Assembly: GCA_003661385.1 (NCBI GenBank)
Contig: QMWA01000002.1
Coordinates: 1-46,451 of the forward strand
DNA length: 46,451 nt
Direction of reading: 5' to 3'
Origin: Thermoproteota archaeon
GTDB lineage: Archaea > Korarchaeota > Korarchaeia > B14-G2
Part shown: positions 41,544-46,451 of the stretch, piece by piece
Layout: every line of letters starts with the position of its first letter
Numbering within the stretch: the first letter of the stretch is position 1
Made by a program: the position numbers and the translations under genes
Notes under the pieces: generated by a model
The model's input: the letters and a program-made list of their open reading frames with translations, nothing else
Databases searched by the model: none
What the model was told of the DNA's origin: nothing

Positions 41544-42305
41544 TTGTCCATTTTTATAGAAAAACCTCCCGAAAAGCTAATCGATGAAGACGGCACGCGA
41601 ATAGACGGCAGGAAACCTGATGAAATGAGGCCGGTAAGGATAGAAGTTGGAATACTCGAGAATGCTGATGGTTCAGCTTACATAGAGTGGGGAGGAAATA
41701 GGATCCTCGCAGCAGTCTACGGGCCAAGAGAACTACACCCAAAGCACCTAGCTCAGCCGGACAAGGCCGTGTTGAGATGCAGATATAACATGGCTCCGTT
41801 CTCGACATCAACCAGGAAGAAGCCTGGGCCAGACAGGAGGAGCATAGAGCTCTCAAAGGTCATCAGAGAAGCCTTAGAGCCAAGCCTGTTCCTCCACGAG
41901 TTCCCAGGAACTACAATAGATGTGTTCGTTGAGGTACTTAGGTCAGATGCAGGAACTAGAGTAGCAGGGACGACAGCAGCATCCGTAGCCCTAGCAGACG
42001 CAGGAATCCCCATGAGAGGGCTCGTCTCAGCATGCACAGTCGGAAGAGTGGGGGATGTACTCGTCCTAGATGTAGGGCATGAGGAAGACCAGTGGGGAGA
42101 CGCTGACCTAGCGCTCTCCATGCTAGTAGACTACAATGAGATAACACTTCTCCAAATGGATGGGACGCTCACACCACAGCAGCTCAAGCAAGCCATAGGC
42201 ATGGCCATGGACGCCTGCAAGAAGATACATGAGCTGCAGAAGCAGGCTATAAGAGAGAAGTACTTGAAAATCGTGAGGGAGATCGCAGGTGAGACCAGCA
42301 CATAG
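41544..42305 (+). CDS. rrp41: exosome complex exonuclease Rrp41 (RNase PH)
   Basis: RIDGRKPDEMRPVRIEVGILENADGSAYIEWGGNRILAAVYGPRE. Confidence 0.9.
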   Translation: MSIFIEKPPEKLIDEDGTRIDGRKPDEMRPVRIEVGILENADGSAYIEWGGNRILAAVYGPRELHPKHLAQPDKAVLRCRYNMAPFSTSTRKKPGPDRRSIELSKVIREALEPSLFLHEFPGTTIDVFVEVLRSDAGTRVAGTTAASVALADAGIPMRGLVSACTVGRVGDVLVLDVGHEEDQWGDADLALSMLVDYNEITLLQMDGTLTPQQLKQAIGMAMDACKKIHELQKQAIREKYLKIVREIAGETST

Positions 42306-43143
42306 GCGTGTAATATCACTCTTAAAGAAGGAGTACATAAAGACCATAATCAAGGAAGACAAGATTAGAGAAGATGGAAGGCACCCACTGGACTACAGGA
42401 AGATCGAAATCAAGGCAAGAGGAGGGTTCACGAAGGGAGAAGGTGAGGCATGGGTCAGGCTAGGAAGGACACAGGTGCTAGCAGGAGTGAAGATAGATGT
42501 AGGAGACCCATACCCAGATTCACCTGACACAGGTGTGCTAATAACCCATGAGGAGCCGCTTCCACTGGCATCACCTACATTCGAGCCAGGGCCACCAGAT
42601 GAGAACGCAATAGAGCTCGCTAGGGTAGTGGATAGAGGAATAAGAAGCGCCGAGGCAGTAGACTTAAAGCAGCTTGTAATACCACACCCCACTGATCCAG
42701 GTAGGAATAAGGTATACCTCATCTTCCTGGATATACATATACTAGACCACGATGGAAACCTACAAGATGCATCAGCACTAGCTGGAATAGCTGCGCTAAT
42801 GACCACAGTGATACCTGAGGTCAAGATGACAGAGGATGGGAAGCTCGAGGCAAACTTAGAGAAGCTTAAGCCCCTGCCAACGAAGGCCATACCAGTCAGC
42901 GTGACCATAGCCAAGATCGGAGACACCTTAATAGTCGACCCCAACCTCACAGAAGAGGAAGTAGCAGATTCCAGAATAACAATAACAGTGGATGACCATA
43001 ATAGAGTCTGTGCCATCCAGATGCTTGGAGGAAGCTTCACGCCAGCAGAGCTAGAGCTTGCTATAGACATAGCAACAGTTAAAAGTAGGGAGCTTATAGA
43101 GAAGGTCAAAGCTGCAGTAAAAGAGGCTGAAGCGAATGCCTAA
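42289..43143 (+). CDS. rrp42: exosome complex subunit Rrp42
   Basis: REDGRHPLDYRKIEI...GEAWVRLGRTQVLAGVK, RNase PH-like fold. It follows rrp41. Confidence 0.9.
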   Translation: MRPAHRRVISLLKKEYIKTIIKEDKIREDGRHPLDYRKIEIKARGGFTKGEGEAWVRLGRTQVLAGVKIDVGDPYPDSPDTGVLITHEEPLPLASPTFEPGPPDENAIELARVVDRGIRSAEAVDLKQLVIPHPTDPGRNKVYLIFLDIHILDHDGNLQDASALAGIAALMTTVIPEVKMTEDGKLEANLEKLKPLPTKAIPVSVTIAKIGDTLIVDPNLTEEEVADSRITITVDDHNRVCAIQMLGGSFTPAELELAIDIATVKSRELIEKVKAAVKEAEANA

Positions 43144-43375
43144 GATAATCAAGGCCCCCAGATATGGTAAGACCGTCAGAGACAGGTACAATGAGGCGGT
43201 TAGGAAAGCTAAGGCAACGTATGAGTGCCCAAGATGCAGAATGAAGAGAGTAAGACAAGTGATGGCAGGAATCTGGAGGTGCAGAAAATGCGGAGCAACA
43301 TTCACAGGAGGAGCATGGACCCCTAGAACAGACATGGGGTCTGAGAGAAGAGTGCTGCCACCAAGCGCAAAATGA
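43136..43375 (+). CDS. rpl37ae: 50S ribosomal protein L37Ae (eL43)
   Basis: RYGKTVRDRY...YECPRCRMKRVRQVMAGIWRCRKCGATFTGGAW. Confidence 0.9.
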   Translation: MPKIIKAPRYGKTVRDRYNEAVRKAKATYECPRCRMKRVRQVMAGIWRCRKCGATFTGGAWTPRTDMGSERRVLPPSAK

Positions 43376-43947
43376 TCCTGATAACAACATCTAGAAGACC
43401 AACCCAAAGGATAAGAAGCTTCATAAAAGACCTAGCCAGATCAATACCGAATGCAGTCAAGAGAAACAGAGGCAAAGCTTCCACTGAAGACCTCTGCATC
43501 GAAGCTGTCGCAAGAGGACTACCCAGAGTGCTTATAGTGGAGAGATGGAAAGGAAACCCAGGAATGCTGAGGTTTATCCTAGCAGCACCAAGACTATGTG
43601 AACAGATAAGAATAGCATTCATACTGAAGGGAATAACCCTATCGAGGGAAATAGGGCTGAAAAGCAGGAGGAAAACAGACAAAAGAGAACTCATCATAGC
43701 AGCCCCATCTAACGCAGGCAAAGAGAGCCAAACCCTATGTGAAGAACTCGCTTTTTGCCTAGGAGAGCACATAGCAGTCGAGCACATAAACATAAGCAGG
43801 AAGCCAGAGGGATATGAGGAGTACTCCGTGCTCGCTCTGACAGCATGGAATCAAGGCTGGAAATTCACCTTCTACGATGGGGAGACCTGGGATGAGACCG
43901 GCCCAAGGTTCACAATCAAAGGGGTTTGGACCTTTGGTAAGGCTTAG
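43372..43947 (+). CDS. Brix-domain ribosome biogenesis protein (Imp4-like)
   Basis: MILITTSRRPTQRIRSFIKDLARSIPNAVKRNRGK. Confidence 0.85.
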   Translation: MILITTSRRPTQRIRSFIKDLARSIPNAVKRNRGKASTEDLCIEAVARGLPRVLIVERWKGNPGMLRFILAAPRLCEQIRIAFILKGITLSREIGLKSRRKTDKRELIIAAPSNAGKESQTLCEELAFCLGEHIAVEHINISRKPEGYEEYSVLALTAWNQGWKFTFYDGETWDETGPRFTIKGVWTFGKA

Positions 43948-44308
43948 AGCCGAGATAAAGCTTGAGGGGAGGCCTCAGGAGGTCAAAGCGATTAAAGCCG
44001 CGCTTAAGCCTGAAGTAAACAGGATGGGTATCCGAGGAGCTGAAATCAAGATGCTAGAGTCGGAAAGAGAGGTTATAATCGTGATAGAGAGCAGTAGCCT
44101 GACGAAAACGAGAGCTGTCTTGGACTCAATCATCAAGTGGAGCATAATAGTTTTAAAGACATATAATGCCCTGACGAAAGCTGCGGTGAGCCCCTTTGGG
44201 CACACTAGAGGAGAAAATATCAGCAGCAATACTAAAGAACCCAAGCTCCCTGAAGATACTCAGGAAGAAGGCAGGAGTAACACAAAGGGAGCTAGCCAGA
44301 GAAGTTAA
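43934..44308 (+). CDS. pcc1: KEOPS subunit Pcc1, with a roughly 40-aa C-terminal extension
   Basis: LRAEIKLEG...AIKAALKPEV...VIIVIESSSLTKTRAVLDSIIKWSIIVLK follows the Pcc1 fold pattern. TTG start at 43934. The frame stays open to 44308 and overlaps the next gene. Confidence 0.55.
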   Translation: MVRLRAEIKLEGRPQEVKAIKAALKPEVNRMGIRGAEIKMLESEREVIIVIESSSLTKTRAVLDSIIKWSIIVLKTYNALTKAAVSPFGHTRGENISSNTKEPKLPEDTQEEGRSNTKGASQRS

Positions 44309-44789
44309 CGTATCACAGAGCTTGATAAGCAAGATAGAGAGAGGAAGGACGACGCCTTCACCAGGTCTTCTATCTGAGATATCCAAGATAATAGCTAGCA
44401 AGCTCCAAAGCATAGAGATAAGAGCAAGCGATATCATGGGAGATCTAACTGAGGTAGATCCATCAGACAGCTTAGATAAGGTATGTGAGCTGCTCCTAAA
44501 GGGGAAGAGAGTAATCCTCGGGAGAAAGTGCATAACGCATAGGTCCTTGATCAAAGCTGCAATAGAAAACCCAGAGACACCACTGACTGCGATACCAGCA
44601 ATAGACGCAGCAGAGGAAGCAGCTCTGGTAGAGGAGGACGAGCCGGTTATGAGGATAGCAGAGCTGCTATTGAAAAACGAGGTAGTAGCAGTGGCTAGAG
44701 GGGAAATTATAGTGGGTATCATAACGAGAGAGGATGTAGTGAAGGCAATAAGGAAGTTTATGGGGATACCAGCTAAGGGTGGAATATGA
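44196..44789 (+). CDS. XRE-type HTH regulator with C-terminal CBS domain pair (COG3620-like)
   Basis: LRKKAGVTQRELAREVNVSQSLISKIERG, followed by CBS-like repeats. TTG 44196 is the only in-frame start ahead of the HTH. Confidence 0.7.
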   Translation: MGTLEEKISAAILKNPSSLKILRKKAGVTQRELAREVNVSQSLISKIERGRTTPSPGLLSEISKIIASKLQSIEIRASDIMGDLTEVDPSDSLDKVCELLLKGKRVILGRKCITHRSLIKAAIENPETPLTAIPAIDAAEEAALVEEDEPVMRIAELLLKNEVVAVARGEIIVGIITREDVVKAIRKFMGIPAKGGI

Positions 44790-45331
44790 AGGCAGCTGGA
44801 ATAGATCTCACTGGATCGGAGAGCAAAGCAACCTCAATTGCAATAGTCTCAGGCGGCAAGATCAGGCTTTACAGGGCTACAGCAGATCATGAAATCATAG
44901 AAGTGGTATCCAGAGAGAAGCCAGACGTAATTGCCATAGACGCCCCCCTAACCAAGCCACACGAAGGGTATCTCAGGAAACTAGAGAGAAAAGCCGCCAA
45001 AGAAGGCATCAAGCTGCTTCCACCGATGCTAAGAGGGATGAGAAAGCTCACAGAGAGAGGAGTAAGGCTTAGAAGAGCCCTAGAAGAGAGGGGATTCAAC
45101 GTAATAGAAGTTCACCCCACATCTAGCAGAAAGATCCTGGGAATCTCAGGCAGCTTAGAAGAGGCTTGGAAGAACGCGCTCGGCATAGCTAAGGTGAGCA
45201 CCTCACCCGATATAAAGCCCAGCAGAGACGACTTAGATGCCCTTCTGGCAGCAATCACTGGAATATACTACCTAAAGGGTAAGTATAGGTCAATTAAGGG
45301 AGAGGGAGAGCTTATACTCCCATCACCATAG
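44786..45331 (+). CDS. DUF429 / RNase H-fold predicted nuclease
   Basis: AAGIDLTGSE...PDVIAIDAPLTKP...DDLDALLAAITG. Confidence 0.55.
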   Translation: MKAAGIDLTGSESKATSIAIVSGGKIRLYRATADHEIIEVVSREKPDVIAIDAPLTKPHEGYLRKLERKAAKEGIKLLPPMLRGMRKLTERGVRLRRALEERGFNVIEVHPTSSRKILGISGSLEEAWKNALGIAKVSTSPDIKPSRDDLDALLAAITGIYYLKGKYRSIKGEGELILPSP

Positions 45332-45332
45332 C

Positions 45333-46451
45333 TTACAGAGATATCCTATACCTATCCCTCAGCTCTCTGAGTTTACCTGAGTTCCAGCCTTCTACATTGC
45401 TATAGTACCCTGTTATCCTACTCCAGTATGTGACAGCCTTACTACCACAATGTGGACAAGACTCGTTTAGCAGAGGAGATACACGGTGGCAGCTCTTACA
45501 TATAGTGAAGTCCTTAGTGTAAGCAAAGTAGCCTATCTGAGACCCCAGGGCTATCTTCTTTGTGAGCCCCCACAGCGCCTCTGGGTCAGGGTGGGCTTCT
45601 CCAAGCCATATGTGGAACATGTTCCCCCCTTCACCGAGTATCGGGAAGAACTTCTGTTCTATCTCTATCTTCCTGGCTAGAGGGATCCTAGCCCCGACGT
45701 ACACGTGTGTACCATTAGAGTAGTACACAGGTAGGTTGCGGCGTTCACCAGCTGCTATGGAAGCTGCAGCAGTCTCAACATCACCTTTAACAACAGACTT
45801 AGCCTTCTCCCTGAACTTCCTGTTCACTAGATCAGCTATAGCAAGCCTCTGTGCAGCAGACTCAGCTGGTGTCCTAGCGAGGACCAAAGGGAGCCCAGTC
45901 TCCTCTCGGAGCTCCTTCACAATCTCTCTAAGCTGCAGAATGGTCTTCACTAGGAAGCGTACAGCCTCCTTGCTCTCATGAAGCTGGTACCCAGTATGGT
46001 ACTGAGCCATCTCATTGCCTCCAAGCACACCTATCGTGTAAACAAGAGAGTCCATGTCAACTAGAGGCGGAAGCTTCTCGCCAGTAACAGGATCTCTAGG
46101 CCTGTATTGAGCGAATGGAATCCCGTAGTTCTCGAGCTGCTTCCTGAGCCACTTCTCCTTGACTTCAAACACCTTCACTATCTTAGAGACAACTTCTCTA
46201 AGCAGCTCAGGCACTAGAGCATCGTTGCCATTCGCTCTATAAGCTATCCTCGGGAGATTGACAGTCACAACCTGCTTTCCACCTAAGCTAAAGTGCTCCC
46301 CACCTTCAAGGTAGAGCTTATCATAGAACTTTGGATCCGACTCTGGACCTGATGTAAAGGTATATGCACAGCACTGGTAGCATGAGACCCCACGGCCATA
46401 CATCCTGTAGGGAGGCACCATGTTGTCTATGTAGCTTCCACCGAACTTAGC
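45333..46451 (-). CDS. nrdD: anaerobic ribonucleoside-triphosphate reductase NrdD (class III), C-terminal part; the 5' end lies beyond the window
   Basis: C-terminal zinc site CKSCH...CPHCG and glycyl-radical motif SRITGYYS. The frame is open to the window edge. Confidence 0.9.
   Translation of the reverse strand, partial: AKFGGSYIDNMVPPYRMYGRGVSCYQCCAYTFTSGPESDPKFYDKLYLEGGEHFSLGGKQVVTVNLPRIAYRANGNDALVPELLREVVSKIVKVFEVKEKWLRKQLENYGIPFAQYRPRDPVTGEKLPPLVDMDSLVYTIGVLGGNEMAQYHTGYQLHESKEAVRFLVKTILQLREIVKELREETGLPLVLARTPAESAAQRLAIADLVNRKFREKAKSVVKGDVETAAASIAAGERRNLPVYYSNGTHVYVGARIPLARKIEIEQKFFPILGEGGNMFHIWLGEAHPDPEALWGLTKKIALGSQIGYFAYTKDFTICKSCHRVSPLLNESCPHCGSKAVTYWSRITGYYSNVEGWNSGKLRELRDRYRISL

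Noticed and set aside
1-46451. CRISPR arrays, IS elements or integrases, rRNA genes and prophage-like content.
   Set aside because: I noticed no direct-repeat arrays, transposase or integrase motifs, or rRNA-like sequence on either strand. The window is core housekeeping DNA.

Overview
This window is a dense housekeeping region of an archaeal chromosome. Gene content points to Thermoproteota (Crenarchaeota/TACK): Rpo8, SmAP3, aCPSF1, aRF1, FEN1, KEOPS subunits, and AT-rich TATA boxes 23-35 nt upstream of tRNA and leaderless-mRNA starts. There are about 70 protein genes, including the complete exosome/RNase P/proteasome superoperon at 37.4-44.3 kb (L15e, DUF54, Rpp30, Pop5, PsmA, SBDS, Rrp4, Rrp41, Rrp42, L37Ae, Brix, Pcc1). 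There are 10 tRNA genes, and 9 of them are interrupted, by 15 introns in total. I found no rRNA, CRISPR array or mobile element. Four small genes fall below the 60-aa cut-off of the ORF track and were recovered by hand: L40e, S27ae, the COG2888 zinc ribbon, and a 4xCxxC zinc finger. The main finding is in the protein-L-isoaspartate methyltransferase gene (pcm). It is split into two ORFs by exactly 20 nt, and that segment with its flanks folds into a canonical helix-bulge-helix-bulge-helix motif. The predicted cleavage sites restore the invariant ...TISAPH|MV... junction in frame, so this looks like a pre-mRNA intron cut by the tRNA-splicing endonuclease. One positional rule reproduces 13 of the 15 tRNA introns here: a 4-nt exon strand plus 2 bulge nt, then the cut, pairing with a 4-nt intron strand plus 2 bulge nt, then the cut. 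The same rule places the pcm splice sites. Other leads are: a tRNA-Ala(CGC) with two introns in its anticodon loop that a canonical reading would miscall as Thr; triple-intron tRNA-Ile and tRNA-Arg; a TFB paralog translationally coupled to a membrane-anchored HerA/VirB4-like ATPase; a transmembrane wHTH protein; a Pop5 gene with no canonical start codon; and mRNA/tRNA junctions only 2-3 nt apart. All product names rest on motif recognition by eye; no database search was run.
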